Of a stretch of DNA of 64,000 bases, positions 39,372-53,400 are shown piece by piece. The notes beneath the pieces are model-generated. The model had not been told where the DNA came from. It did not search any database and saw only the letters and a program-made list of their open reading frames with translations. Origin of the DNA: Octopus bimaculoides (taxonomy: Eukaryota); contig NC_068983.1 of assembly GCF_001194135.2 (NCBI RefSeq), positions 143,277,221-143,341,220 of the forward strand. Reading direction: 5' to 3'. Each line of letters begins with the position of its first letter. The first letter of the stretch is position 1. The position numbers and the translations under genes are program-made.

Positions 39372-39460
39372 TGTGTGTCATCATCATCATCATCGTTTAA
39401 CATCCGCTTTCCATGCTAGCATGGAAAGCGGATGTTAAATGATGATGATGATGACACACA
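39372..39460. repeat. ~89-bp near-perfect palindrome built from the RTE tail terminus
   Basis: Axis at 39417/39418 inside ccatgct|agcatgg; the arms differ only by one 3-bp unit. Confidence 0.92.
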
Positions 39461-39683
39461 CACAACAGGGTAGTTGTATACATATGTATTCTTATACAGA
39501 AGCATTTACTTGCATGCATACATACATGTTCAGGTGTGGCTGTATTGTTAAGAAGTTTATTTTGCAGCCATGTGATTTTTGGTTCCATCCCACTTTATGG
39601 TACTTTAGGCAAGTGTCTTCTACGACGGCCTTGGACTGACCAAAAACCTTGTAAGTGGATTTGGCAGATGAAAACTAAAAGAA

Positions 39684-39721
<38 letters not shown>

Positions 39722-40017
39722 ACGCGTGTGCGCGTGTGTGTGTGCGTGTGTGTTTTCATATCTTGGCATTGCTTGCTAACTGTATTCAAACACCTCCATC
39801 ATACAAGTGGTGGTATTTGTCTACAATCTTCCATGGAAGTAAGTTTTGCCACTGTGTTGTTCATTTCCAAAGGACTAGGAGGGCTTGTGTGTTGGCAACA
39901 GGAAGCACATCTGGCCATATAAAGTCTATCTCACTCATTCAAGCATGGAGAAGTGGGTGTTAAATTGATGTGTGTGTGTGTGTGTGCAGGCATGCTTGTG
40001 TGTTATTTTATTTCATT

Positions 40018-40160
40018 TCATTATCATTTAATGTCTGTTGTCCATGCTAGCATGGGTTGGAAAGTTTGACCAGGCTGATAAATGGGAGGCTGCACAAGAC
40101 TCCAGTCTGATTTGGCATGATCTTCTACAGCTGAATGCCCTTCCTAATGCCAACCATGCC
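40018..40160 (-). mobile_element. RTE 3' tail
   Basis: tcatttaatgtctgttgtccatgctagcatgggttgg...gcccttcctaatgccaacca. Confidence 0.8.
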
Positions 40161-41529
40161 AAAAATGTAATGAATGTATACAATCGAAATAAAGAATCTA
40201 ACAATAGCAAACCAAACAGAAAGCCTCTATGTCAGGAGTGGGGAACCCTTGCACCTGAAAGTGATATTTTGGCTACCATTCATATTTGAAACCACCAGCT
40301 GACAGAATTTCAGAAAACTCATATGAAGGTAATTATTTAAGCATTGATACCAAAACTTATAACTTAATATAGCTGCATTCTTAAGAATCAATGAAACTAA
40401 AGATTCAATGTTTGTGGCCCTGCAGATTCTTATGTACTGGTAAATTTCCCTACACCCACTGTTTTACATGGTCATTCAATACCAGACAAATTCCCTCGTA
40501 TCACAATAGAATTGATTAGCATTTCTTTGGCTTACAGTTCAGTATTCAATTCCTCTCAAGGGAGATACTACTGTAATAACAAATGTTCTATCCAAGAAGA
40601 TATTATTTTCCTCATTACTTTCTAAATGTTATAAAAACTACAGTAAAACACCAGGCTGTTTAAAAATCCTTTTGACAAAGAACAGATTAGCTTAGTGAGA
40701 ACAGCATAGAATCAACTGAAGACTATAATGTACAGTTACTATTAACCTCATTGTTGAAATTTCTATATAATTCACTGAAGAATATACAGGAGTAAATTCT
40801 TTTTGTTTCTTCTACATATATAGGCTACAAGATAATAAACACTTATCAGTTATCAATATCATTACTATTGTTGGGGAGGTGGAAGTATAACAAATTCTCT
40901 CATTACTTGTTAATCAAGAAAGAGGGATAGAGTCTACGACCTTTCTGAGACTTTTCTAAGACTAGTGGGATTAATGTGAGTGACACTCAACTTAAACATC
41001 TCTAGTTCAATAATTGCAGGAAAATGGCAGATAATGAGGGTACTAAGGAGTTTAGTCCCAATATTTACAACATGTAAGTTCTGTAAAAGGCACTCAAGGG
41101 CCAAATAATAACCATGTGAGGCAATGGTAGGCATGTGAGGCCTATTACTATATAATACCTATTTACAGCCGAGTTGATTTGGCCAATGAGAGTTGAATGT
41201 CTTTTGCCAAGGAAACAGTGAATGCCAATACTAGAATCTGAGTCAGTGACTCTTTCACCTTACTAACAGGCACCAATGACTACCCCGAAGACTATAAAGA
41301 TATAGGTTACCAAAAGATTATGAAAAGAGTTCCTAAAAACATTCTAAGGTTTAACAAAAGATCTTTCTTACAAAGCCTGCAATTCATTCTACTATACATT
41401 ATATACACATATTTTTACCTTTCACAGACATTATTGATTTCATTAATATTGAAAGAGTTTTCTTTGATCTACAATTAAATATAGATGTTGCCTAGTAGCA
41501 AATGTCCATATATCTTTAGATGCAATACT

Positions 41530-42330
41530 TCAGTTTTTTTTATATATTGACCAATTTATATGCATATATGCATACACACATACATATGCACATACATGTA
41601 CATATACACACACGTACATATACACATATATGCACACATGTACATATACACACACATACATATACACACATACGCACACATGTACATATATACACACATA
41701 TACATACACATGTACATATAAACGCATGTACATATACACACACATGTACATATACACACATATACACATGCACGTACATATACACACACACATGCATATA
41801 CACATATACACACATATGTACATATACACACACACACGTATACACACGTACATATACACACATACATATGCGCACATGTACATATACACAAACATGTACA
41901 TATATACATACATATACATACACATACACANNNNNNNNNNNNNNNNNNNNNNNNNNNNNNNNNNNNNNNNNNNNNNNNNNNNNNNNNNNNNNNNNNNNNN
42001 NNNNNNNNNNNNNNNNNNNNNNNNNNNNNNNNNNNNNNNNNNNNNNNNNNNNNNNNNNNNNNNNNNNNNNNNNNNNTGTACATATACACACACACATGTA
42101 CATATACACACACACATGTACATATACACACACACATGTACATATACACACACACATGTACATATACACACACACATGTACATATACACACGCGTACATA
42201 TACACACACATGTACATATGCACACACATGTACATATGCACACACATGTACATACACACACACATGTACATATACACACATACATATAAACACATACATA
42301 TACACACACATGCAGAAACATGTACCACAC
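41530..42330. repeat. Compound (CA/TA) microsatellite-minisatellite with a ~20-bp unit tgtacatatacacacacaca, containing a gap
   Basis: Direct reading; the long ORFs here are low-complexity artefacts. Confidence 0.95.
41931..42076. other. Assembly gap
   Basis: N run. Confidence 1.
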
Positions 42331-43643
42331 GCACAAATATTGATGTAATATAGCTGAATGGCTCAGGAGTTCACTCCTGAATAGAAGCTCCTTGTTTTGA
42401 TCTCACTGCTTGATCCCATGAGCTATTATTTTCACTATAGCCTCATGTCTAATCATGCTGTGTGAGTGAAACTGGGCAGACAGAAACTGTGCAGAAGCAT
42501 GTTGAATTGTAGAAGTAATTCAAAGACCCAGACTTGTGACACTGTATCATGCTTATTCTGCCTGAATAATCATGTCAAGAGTAAACATTCTTCTGGAATG
42601 AATACACAACTGGTTCAATGAGTTTGGCAGCTCAGTTGACTGAACAGCTGAAAACTCATAGTTGGAAATTCTGAGAAAGATTCATCATATAAATATAGAT
42701 ATTATCATTGTTTTATGCTCACTTTCCATGCTGGCATGGGTTGTCAAGATCGAAGTCAGTTCTTATTTGAAGCAACTAGGTTTCTATACCAAATGAGAAC
42801 CACACCTTGATTGTACATTTTATTTTTGAGGATGGTGTCTATGACTGGATGTCCTTCCTAAACCAACCACTTTACAGAGTGTACTGAGAAGATTTTATCA
42901 TGGCACTAGCATTGGAGAGGGTGTTATATCCTCAGTGAGTCAAGACTGAAGGTTCTTTTGACCTTATATTATCTCCAATTATTCACAAACTGCTTTACAG
43001 AGGATATTAGGTAATTTCATGGCATCATCAAAACTAGTGAGGATGCCATGTACCCTTCAAGAAAAAAAATATTCACAGCTCCTTGTAGTCTCTGTTCATA
43101 TGGGCTAATGTAGCTAGTAAACAGGGTGAAAGGGGAATGGTATGAGAGTATCAAAACATGATATGAGAATATCAAGACATGAACAAATGATCTTTGACAG
43201 GAATAACATTATCATTAAACCACTAAATTTACAAATAATTAAAGAATTCCTGAAGTACAGTGGATATAAGATTGAGGTGCTAAACTATATGGTTAAGTGT
43301 TCAGAATGGTCACAACCACTGGTTGGAGCAGAATAGCCACAACCAGTATCTGCTTTTGGGTCAAGAAACAACTCTTCTTGCCTCAATAGATCTGCCTATC
43401 TGATGAAACAGGTTCTACTTTGTTTCTCTTAAAGTGGTTAGCATTAAGACATCATATTATCTCAAAGAAAAAAAAAATAAGGTCATATTGGATATTGTAC
43501 TACCAAGATGATATGTCTACACTTATTTCTAATTTAGGTACAATGCCTGAAATTAGTGGTGGGAGGGATGCTAGTCAGTTGGTTGGTCAGAGCTGTATTG
43601 TTTTTGAGTATAGGCTTGCTCAGTCAGAGCTGACCTAGTTTAA

Positions 43644-43861
43644 CCCGTTAAAATACAGGTTACTCTGTCAAATGTAATGCTTATTTGTTTACATTGTTTT
43701 GAATTAATCATGCATTATGTTGTAGCTTCAAGATTTTGATATGTTAGTGTATTTTTAGAATGATGTTGCAGATTAGGTGTGAAAGGTCAGATCTAGCCAG
43801 CTTGAACATAAAGCAGAGAGAATATTTTAAGTCAGATATAACCAATTTAAATGCTAAAGAG
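43644..43861 (+). mobile_element. piggyBac-like MITE, second family
   Basis: TTAA|CCC start; its 3' 60 bp (cttgaacataaa...tttaaatgctaaa) recurs at 1383-1446. Confidence 0.6.
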
Positions 43862-45258
43862 CAAAACGAAGGAAAACAACAATGAATGTTCAAAAAAAAG
43901 AAAGAAAAAGAAAAAAACACAGCAAACAACAGTGAGTGAAAATGTATGCAAAATAAAAAAAAATATTATATGTGATAAAACAACGGATGATAAATCTTAG
44001 CTGCAGCCAGATACCTAAAATATAGAAACAAAATTATTTACATTGGTAGTAGCTAAGTCACTGTTGATATATTTATTAGGTGAATACAGAGATTTTGCTT
44101 TATAACCACTGCCTGCTGGTATTCTTGCTATTAGAAACTAAAATGATAAATATCTGCTTAAACATTTTTATGTTAAACTTTGAGATAACAATGGTTTCTT
44201 TTGATAAGGAAGAAAGCAAATCTTTTAAAGAAGTACAGGTAAAAATCAACAAAATTAACTGCTGCATATTATTTACTTTATTCATCATAGAGGGGTGAAA
44301 AGCACAATTGACACCAGTACGATTTTGAATTAGTAAATGGAATGACAAGACTAAATGTATTCTGTTATCTTATTTTTCTCTCCTACCAACTAGCTTGCAG
44401 AGCTGAGTTCAAATTGAAAGATGGATTCAGCTAATAAATCAATTAGCTGTTTGTCATAGTAAATTGACAAGCATTTTGTCCCTACTGTCAGCCACTAATA
44501 GACCAAAAGTGTGTGTGTATATATGTATGTGTGTATATATATATATATCATGCTAGAGAGACTGTCAGTAAGTACTAAAAGCTATTTTCCTCCAGTTTGT
44601 TCATTCATCTAATACCTGTTTATCCATGCTAAGCTTGGATTAGAAGGGGAGTTATTTGAGGTAGTATTTTATGGCCAAATGCCCTTCCTACTACCAATGC
44701 TTACCTGTTTCTCAAGTACAGATTGATCCAGCAGTTTGGCTGTGCATACACACACACACACACACACACAATACTTTATATATCAAGGTATTCTTCCTAC
44801 TACCAACCCATACCTGTTTCTCAAGTAAGAAATTTTTTCTTTATTCCAGAGTTCAAGAGTGCAGAACAACCAGTGATAATTTCAACAAGGAATGTTAACA
44901 TCATCACCAGTTATTATAATAGCCAATACATCATCATCATCAACAGTCCAATATGAATACTAAAGATTATGAGAGTTGTGGAATCTCTGAAAATTTGACA
45001 ATGCAATCAGCTTATGAAATTTTTTGTATGTAAACTGATATTTATTCATTGTTAATGAAATGCACATAACATCATGTAACTAAATATTATAGTGATCTAT
45101 CTAACTGTAGAGTCCAACTACCTGCAACTCGGATATAATAGTCCTTCACACACAAACAATATCAAAGTTAACGGTCTATTTTGAGTATCACTCTTAGTTG
45201 GGCTGTTCAAGAATCATGAACTGTCCAGCTAAGGGTGAATCTCAGAGTAGACTGTCAA

Positions 45259-45300
<42 letters not shown>

Positions 45301-45524
45301 NNNNNNNNNNNNNNNNNNNNNNNNNNNNNNNNNNNNNNNNNNNNNNNNNNNNNNNNNNNNNNNNNNNNNNNNNNNNNNNNNNNNNNNNNNNNNNNNNNNN
45401 NNNNNNNNNNNNNNNNNNNNNNNNNNNNNNNNNNNNNNNNNNNNNNNNNNNNNNNNNNNNNNNNNNNNNNNNNNNNNNNNNNNNNNNNNNNNNNNNNNNN
45501 NNNNNNNNNNNNNNNNNNNNNNNN
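45301..45524. other. Assembly gap within (AT)n
   Basis: N run. Confidence 1.
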
Positions 45525-45563
<39 letters not shown>

Positions 45564-47315
45564 CATTTATGCTATATATATACACACACATACACATGTG
45601 CATGGGACAAAGTTTGCTACTATCAATAACTGCTGTATATAATGTCATTGATTACAGGTTTCTAATGGGTCAATCATGGATTTATTGCATTTCTGGTAAA
45701 AGTGACAAGTGATTGTAATTCAGGCAGAACAAATATCACACAAAGTATTTTTATTTGATGATGCCAGTTTTTTTTTTCTGTTTTTGCTATTGTTTACATC
45801 ATTTGTCAATATACTTCAGTGAAAGACACACACAGAAAGTGGGATTAAACCTGGACCCAGATAGTTGTGAAATCAACTAAACCACACTGAAAATTTAACA
45901 CAAAATGACCAAACAAGTAACTATGAACTCCATGTTAGTGAAAGAAAAGTAACTGGCTAACTATCAACTTTGTGAAGGTTACAGTGGAAAATATAGATGA
46001 AACATGATACAAATGAAAGCACTTAATATCTCATGGCTTTCATACTTGTCTTGAACTAAATCTATTTAGATGCATGAACAGATGCACATTTAGTTTAGAT
46101 GCAGGTATGCACGCACATGTAACTACTTTTTTTAAATGTATTTTGGCAAGATGTCCTTTCTAGCACCAATCACAATGCCACCTTGTACTGACAAACAAGA
46201 AAAGAATTCCAGTGGTTGTTAGAGCAAAAATATTTGCCTAGGCTTGTAAGCATAAGAAGATAAGTTAAGAGTGTAGCATATATACAGTACCTGGAGAAGA
46301 ATACAAATTCTTTTACTTCTACAAGGAATTCACTTTCACCAATAACTATCAATGGACTAGGTTCAAAAATGGCCCACACTAATCTGAAACAGTGTTATGG
46401 TGATCTCAGCTGTTTCATATAGAGAATGTCCCAAGTTTGAAACTTACTGGAATCTTTAGAACTGTGTGCCAACAAGATAACCTCTATGCTGTTACTCAAT
46501 CTGCTAAGAAATAGCAGTTTAATCTCCTTAAAATTACAAAGTATACTTTTGAAAATTTAGTTCTAAATATATTTATCACTGGTATCCATCACAATCACCA
46601 ACCACTGCTACTCTCTCACTCTCTTCTATACCAGCAAATATAACTGACATTAGTCTTTCCATTGTTCTTTGCACTGTCTCTCCCATTTTCTCCTCCTCTT
46701 CAAAACTGTCCTCTTTCATACTTTTACCTCTTTACCCCATCTCACCCTAGTTCAATATTCTGCAATTTAATGAGTTTGTCAAAATGACTTTGCAATGTTG
46801 TCTGTTTAGAGTTGGTGCCACAATAAAATACTAGTACACATTTTAAAGTAGTTGGTGACTGAGTGGAAAGAAAATAGGGTTGAGAAGACCCTTTAGTCTT
46901 ATCAAGGACCTAACAACCTCTCAAATACTGGTACCATAATAAAAAATGCATAAGCACTATTAGTAGTTGGTGTTAGGATTAAACCCTCATTCTGTGCTTT
47001 TTTCGGCAACTCTGCCATGGTTAAATACATCACTCTCACTATGGAGGGAAGCCAGTAAAAATTATGGGTGATTCTTCCCTCTCTCTCTCTCTCTCAATAA
47101 GACATTTTGAACAAACTCAATTTTCAAAAGGTAAATGAAAATTCTGTACAGAGTTTAAATATTGTTCTTTAGAAGTAAGACAAGAGAAAAAGTATTTAAT
47201 AATATTACATTATGTTAGTTAATGCACAACTATTTTGAAAAGAGGTAAACAAAAGAGTAACTGCATTAATATACTTGTTAATTGTGATATTAATTTTTAC
47301 ACACACACACACACG

Positions 47316-47349
<34 letters not shown>

Positions 47350-50234
47350 CAACATCATCATCACTGTCATCACCATCATTAACTGCTTTGCTATCACAAA
47401 CACTGACTGCTTTGCAGTTTTCGTCATCAATAATACTCTTGCTGTTGACAACATCGTCATTGTCGATATGTTTACCACAACAGTATAATCAAAAGTGTGA
47501 GCAATAAGTTATTCTTAATAATGTTTTAACTGAAAATTATCCATTTATCAACCATGATGTTTCAAACTTAACTGAAGTATTACCAACATAACATTCCAAA
47601 AAGGAATGTTGTTACAATTAAATATTGTTAATGACTTTCTATAATTTAAATAGTTTTACAAAACGCTAAATGATTAACAATGTAGAAATAGCGAGAGACT
47701 AATTAGTTTTAAACTTTGAATATTTTAATTAAACATTTCTACTCATTAGAGAGGTTAAGATTTAGGTATGCTTCAAATGGAATAAAAATAAAACCAACTT
47801 AACCCTTATCAAGATGTTTTTCAATTCAGAAATGTTAAAAATATTAAATATAACTCTAATTAAAGTAATTTAGTTTATTTCCGATAAATAATTGAGATCA
47901 ATAGGATAGTGAGATAGTTCAATGAGTAGAATGCAACTTATTATTCTGAGTTCAAATCCTAAGTGAAATGAACCGCATATCATCTTTTGTTAAGGTTAAT
48001 GAAATAAATAGTACCGGGTTAGGGTTAGAGTTAGTCAAGCAAATCTATGATCAAAAGTATTCCAACCATGACCTTTCAGTTTTACATTCAAAACTAATAT
48101 ATCTAGAACACCAGTGTGTTCTTTTTTCTTAACATAGTAAGATGTGGTTTGCGAGATTTAGTTGATATTTTTAACAGGTTAATCAACCATGTTGGCTTGT
48201 ATAAGTACCAATTTTACAATAGGGCTGATTTAATAAACCATATTCAACCTATATATAATATCTTTCTTATGCCTCAGTTAAGAAAATCAATAGGTGCCAG
48301 ATTTCATTGTTGCCCGGTTTTACACCATCACCTGTTCCTTGGATACCTTTAATGCAGTTCAATCAATCGTAAAGAATTCAAACCAAGTTTCCAGTTTTAG
48401 GCCTTGAGAAAATAAAAAGATCACGGGCACTGCTTTTTCCTCCTTGATTAAACAGGAAAAATAATAAAAATAAAAGATTAAAATCATACATTTTATGATT
48501 AATTCAATTTTGAATTCCTATGCAGAAAATAATTATCTTGCAAATATTTTTTTTTTTCTAATAAAAAAAATTTAATTTTGACAACTCATTAGACTGTTTT
48601 TTTAAAAATATTTTTTGTAAGTTTTACAAGTGGATTCTTACTTTCCTTAATGTTGCCCTAATTTGGAATGTGAAAAATAATGTCAAGTTTGCCGATTTTT
48701 AATTAATCAAAAAAATCAAATGCTAACATGATGCAGTAATAGTCCAAGAAGAAAGTTAGGATAGTCTATAGTTTCATACACTGTAAATTAAGAAGCTCTC
48801 AAAGGGCTAAGTGTGCAAATTTGGACCCCACTATGAAAATTGTAATACAAATAGAGTAAGCACTAATGTGATGACCCATAATGGAATATTCTCTCATATC
48901 TAATAAAGTGCTGCTACTACACACATACATATTAAATTTCATGGAACAAAACAAAAACAACACAGCAACAAAAATACTATCCACTCAAATAATTGACAAA
49001 GTTGTCTCTCCTCTCATTATCTCATTTTGTGCCCTTTCTTTCAGGACATACACTTGCTACCAAGCCTTGACCCTACTCCCTACGGTATTAGTTTTAAGGA
49101 ATTCCTTCTCTGCCCATTTATTTTTTCCTTAAAGTGGTCAGCTTGCAGTTGGTCAAAAGAAATATCAACTGGATTGATTTCACTGGGCCCACAAAAGCCA
49201 TGGCTCAAACCCTTTCTACAAACCAAACCATTAAACACACACAAAAGCAGACCTGCCACAGAAGTTTGAAGAATAATAAAAATTATTTTGGCCCATTAAT
49301 ACACCATGTTCGTTTCTGTCCATGTTTCTAACAGCCTTTGTACTCTCAAACTTGTTGGTTCCAAACCAGTAATAATATTCAGTTCTATCACTGCTCTGCA
49401 TTATTGGGTTTTTCAAAAGAAACTAATATAACATCAGTAGATCAGATCAAGACGCTTAGGACAAACCAACTGTTAAAAACATTTTATTTGAGACTGTTAA
49501 TGCATGTGAGAAAGGAATGACTATTACAAAATCTCATTTTCTTTCCTTGCTCCAAATTATAGAGCCTTTGTGATTATTAAAAAGAAAGAAGGGGGAAAAA
49601 AGCAATAATCATATTGCATCTTTACAATTTCATATTTTGAGTGAAAATCCAGTTTGGGATGCTTCTTCCCAAAATGCCCCCAACAGAAAAACAAAAAAAC
49701 AAATGACCATAACAGCAGCAGCAACAACAGCTAGAGCAATGCCAACAACAGCAGCAGCACCAATAACAACTGTAGTGGCACCAACAATAACTGCAACAGC
49801 AGCACCAGTAGCAATAACTGCAACAATAACAACACTAACAATAATAATGATTATGATGCTGCTGTTCTATCTGCTGGTTGTATCTTATAGCAGGAACCCA
49901 GACATGTTTATTTAGATTACACATCTTAGCTCACCGCCAACCACCACCACCACCACCACCACCACCACTCATCATCATCCCTGCCTGACATCCACCTGAA
50001 ATAGCACATTACTATCTGAAATAAGACACAGCTAGAAAAGAATATTGCTGCTGCTACTGCTGCTGTTGCTGTACTACTGACTTTTATTGTCATGGCAAGC
50101 AATAACAACTTTGGTAAAAGAGGCCTGGTGTGATGTGAGCATGCCCACGTATGTGTGTGTGTATTTGTGCATGTAAACCTGTAAAAATACACACCTATAC
50201 ACATATGCACAAGCATATAAAGTAATGTGCATGT

Positions 50235-50268
<34 letters not shown>

Positions 50269-50922
50269 ATATGCATGTGTACATAATATATGAGAATGTG
50301 TGAATATAGACACAGTGTGTACCTGCATACGCAAACATTATCTCAATTGTTTTTAGATTCTGCTTTGAAAAACAGAATAATGAAAGAGGCCAAAAATATA
50401 TAAATATAACCCTCACCCACCACTACAAAAAATAAACATATAAAATTAAAATAAATATAGGAGAAAAAAACAAATTGAAATAAGTTTGGAGTATCATTTT
50501 GTGTTTTTTTAAAAATATTTTTATCACACTAACACTACTACTGCATTGATACAAAGAAAGAAAAATTAATTTTAGCATACAGCTTTTTACTTTTTTAATT
50601 ATCTACTTTATTATCCATATTATGTGAGAGGGTGTGTGTGTGTGTGTGTGTTGGCAAATTCCCAGATTTCCAAATGAACAATAAACTCTTTGAAGTAAGT
50701 AAAATTAGAATGGTGAGTATCTAATTCTAAGATCTTAATTCCTGGTCATCTGACGCTAAGATACAGCTTCAACTTCCTCATGTATTTTGATGCTTTAGTG
50801 TTCATGTCCCTTTTCAGGACCTCAGAGGAAGTAAAGTCTTTCTCAGAGCAGGATTCTGGCTTCAATGTTTGGAACAGAGTGGATTCTGCTGAAGTCATCT
50901 AAGTGTCAGGTACTCATGTTAA

Positions 50923-51137
50923 CCTTTTTGATACCAAACTGCCCAAGACTGCCTCTGGTTCTATGGTAGAAACTTCCAAATTTAAAGTGGTGTAAATTAA
51001 TATTTCCCATCAAAATTGCATGTTAATTTGTTTCAAATAACTTAATAACAAAGTTATTTTACAAAATTCTTCATTATTTTCAAAATTAATTAAAATATAG
51101 AGGGTATATTCCAACAAAACTATGATAACAAAAGGGG
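50923..51137 (-). mobile_element. piggyBac-like MITE, same family as 11327-11571
   Basis: TTAA at 50919-22 and 51138-41; termini CCTTTTTG and CAAAAGGGG. Confidence 0.75.
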
Positions 51138-52704
51138 TTAAACTAAGTGACAGATTAGGTCTACCAGCCAAGAATAGGATCAATCCCTCAGATAAACCGC
51201 CAAACAGTTTCCATGTTTCACTCACAAGACTTGGTGATCCACAGCTATGGCAGAAGACACTTGCTCAAAGTTTTATGTGCAATAGGGTCGAACTTGAGTA
51301 ATGACCCTCTGGCGCTGTGTCTCTTGTAAGAAAGAGTGATGAAAGACAAATGAGTAGATGAGTACTTGTATGCAATTCCTAGCATATTAACCAATTATTG
51401 TAATACATAAGACAAAAAAAGGAGTTATTAAACCTGCTAGAAATGATAACTAAATCTACCTAGATTTTGCACTTTATCACTGAGTCACTAAGAGAATCAC
51501 TATGCAGCAAATTAGCTTCCTAAGAATAGCTGCCAAATCTTCATATTATCTCCAACTGTCTTAAAAGGAAGAATGGCTATGGTTGGAATAACAATCATAG
51601 ATCTTCTCAGTAAAAGTTAGCTGGAGTTAAACAATAGTGCAAGTAGAATAAGAACTGAATGGATTAAATGTTAATCCTTCTCTCTTGTAACGGAAGGTAG
51701 AGTTTATTCCATCTTAGTTGAGATTAGACACAGTGCCATCTTGAAGCATGGACACACTGAGCAGTTGCCCAGTAGCAGTACAAGTTCAGAGATCCAACAC
51801 TAATCTATGAACGCTATGGTTGCGTATGCAGAGGCTCCAATACATTGATTTGTCAAGAGCCCTATAATACTATTAAAAGCTCTCATTAAACAAAACAGGA
51901 GGAGGGGTGGTTTGTGCTGTCTACAGCAATAACTTATCTGACAAGAAGTGGAGAGAGAAGGTAATATTGATATTTTACATGAGTATATCTCAAAATTATA
52001 GCAGAAGTGCATAATTGCTTGAATTGACTCAATATATAACTGACGTTGATTTTATTGTCCCTAGGGGGATAATAGAGGAATTTGATCTTGGCAGGATTAG
52101 AACTCAAAACACAAGACATATCTAAATACTGAAAGGAATTTTATCTGGTCACTACCACTTTTATCTTGTCACCATCAGTGAAGAACATAGTAACAATAAT
52201 GTATTTCACAATCAGTAGTAGACACCATACTCCTGCACACCTTGTATATGACCATACAAGTGGATGACAGCTTGTAAGAGTTCATATTTTGTCACCGGTA
52301 TTGTCATGTGCTCTTGGCTGAAGCAATTAACTTTCAATGTCCAACATGAGATTAGTAATATTCTCCACGCTGATCAGTAGTGTCTCTATAAAAAAAGTAT
52401 TTTGTCAGTTTACAGTACTGAATTCAAATCCTGCTATAGGTCTGAAGAAATGAATTGAAAAATTTTTCGGTCATTGCTTTTCTCATAAATCAAGTCTCTC
52501 AGCAAAGAAAACAAAATGCACTTCTTTGGGACAAGATAGTGTCTGCTCATTGATCACTAAGTCACTTTTGTAAAACAATGACAAGAAACCAATGACAAAT
52601 GAATGTCTAGGCTGTTTGTCTGTAGGTCAAAATTTCTGTCGACAAGGGTCAAGGTTTTGTATTATAGGGAAGACATGATTGTATTTATAATATGTTATAT
52701 AATT

Positions 52705-52872
52705 CAGTTCTATATTTAAGAGACGAGGAATTATGTACATTATTTACATTTGATGGATATTTGTCCTCATCTTGTTTGTTGTTAACACAACGTTTCGGCT
52801 GATAAACCCTCCAGCCGAAACATGTTAACAACAAACAAGGTGAGGACAAATATCTGTCAAATGTAAATAATG
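52705..52872. mobile_element. Penelope-like terminal fragment folded back into a ~60-bp stem, flanked by 12-bp direct repeats
   Basis: Arms 52737-52801 and 52812-52873, 10-nt loop; TGTTATATAATT at 52693-52704 and 52873-52884; GGCTG-N10-CAGCC-GAAAC motif. The Penelope assignment rests on recalled terminal motifs. Confidence 0.6.
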
Positions 52873-53184
52873 TGTTATATAATTTATTAACACACCAAAG
52901 ACATGAATGGTAAAGTTAACGCTAATAGAAACTGACCCAAGAATTTTGAATGCAAGATATTTAGGGGGTCTTTTAAAGTAGATCTCTAAATACTTTATAT
53001 CTATCTCAATAACAGTAATAATGAAGATTTCAATCAGTGAGGCAAAGTTGTACATTTTGGAGAAGTTATAGTGGTAGTAATATTGATCAGGATTATGATA
53101 ACTGTTTTCTTACAATGGATGAGGATTATAAAATTACATGAGAGGTATAAAGTTGAATGAATTAGTACCGATATATGACTGGTA

Positions 53185-53400
53185 CAAGGCAGGTAAACTC
53201 GCAGAGTCAATAGCACACCAAGCATAATGCTTAGTAGCATTTTGTCCATCTTTATGGTCTGAGTTCAAATTCTGTCAAGATTGACTTTGCCTTTCATCCT
53301 TTCAGGGTCGATAAAATAAGTACCAGTTGGACACTGGGGTTGATATAATTGACTTAACCCCATTCTTAAAATTACTGGTCTTGTGCCAAAATTTGAAACC
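53185..53400 (+). mobile_element. SINE family C
   Basis: aatgcttagtagcattttgtcc...ctgagttcaaattctg...gactttgcctttcatcctttcagggtcgataaaataagtacc...ccaaaatttgaaacc. Confidence 0.75.

Noticed and set aside
41520-42353. Several ORFs of 200+ aa rich in H/T/Y or C/V/M
   Set aside because: Translations of the CA/TA microsatellite and N run.
49933-49996. Minus-strand ttcag|...|gtgagc exon-like segment
   Set aside because: Mostly (GGT)n repeat with a stop in the phase-0 frame; not NKAIN-like.
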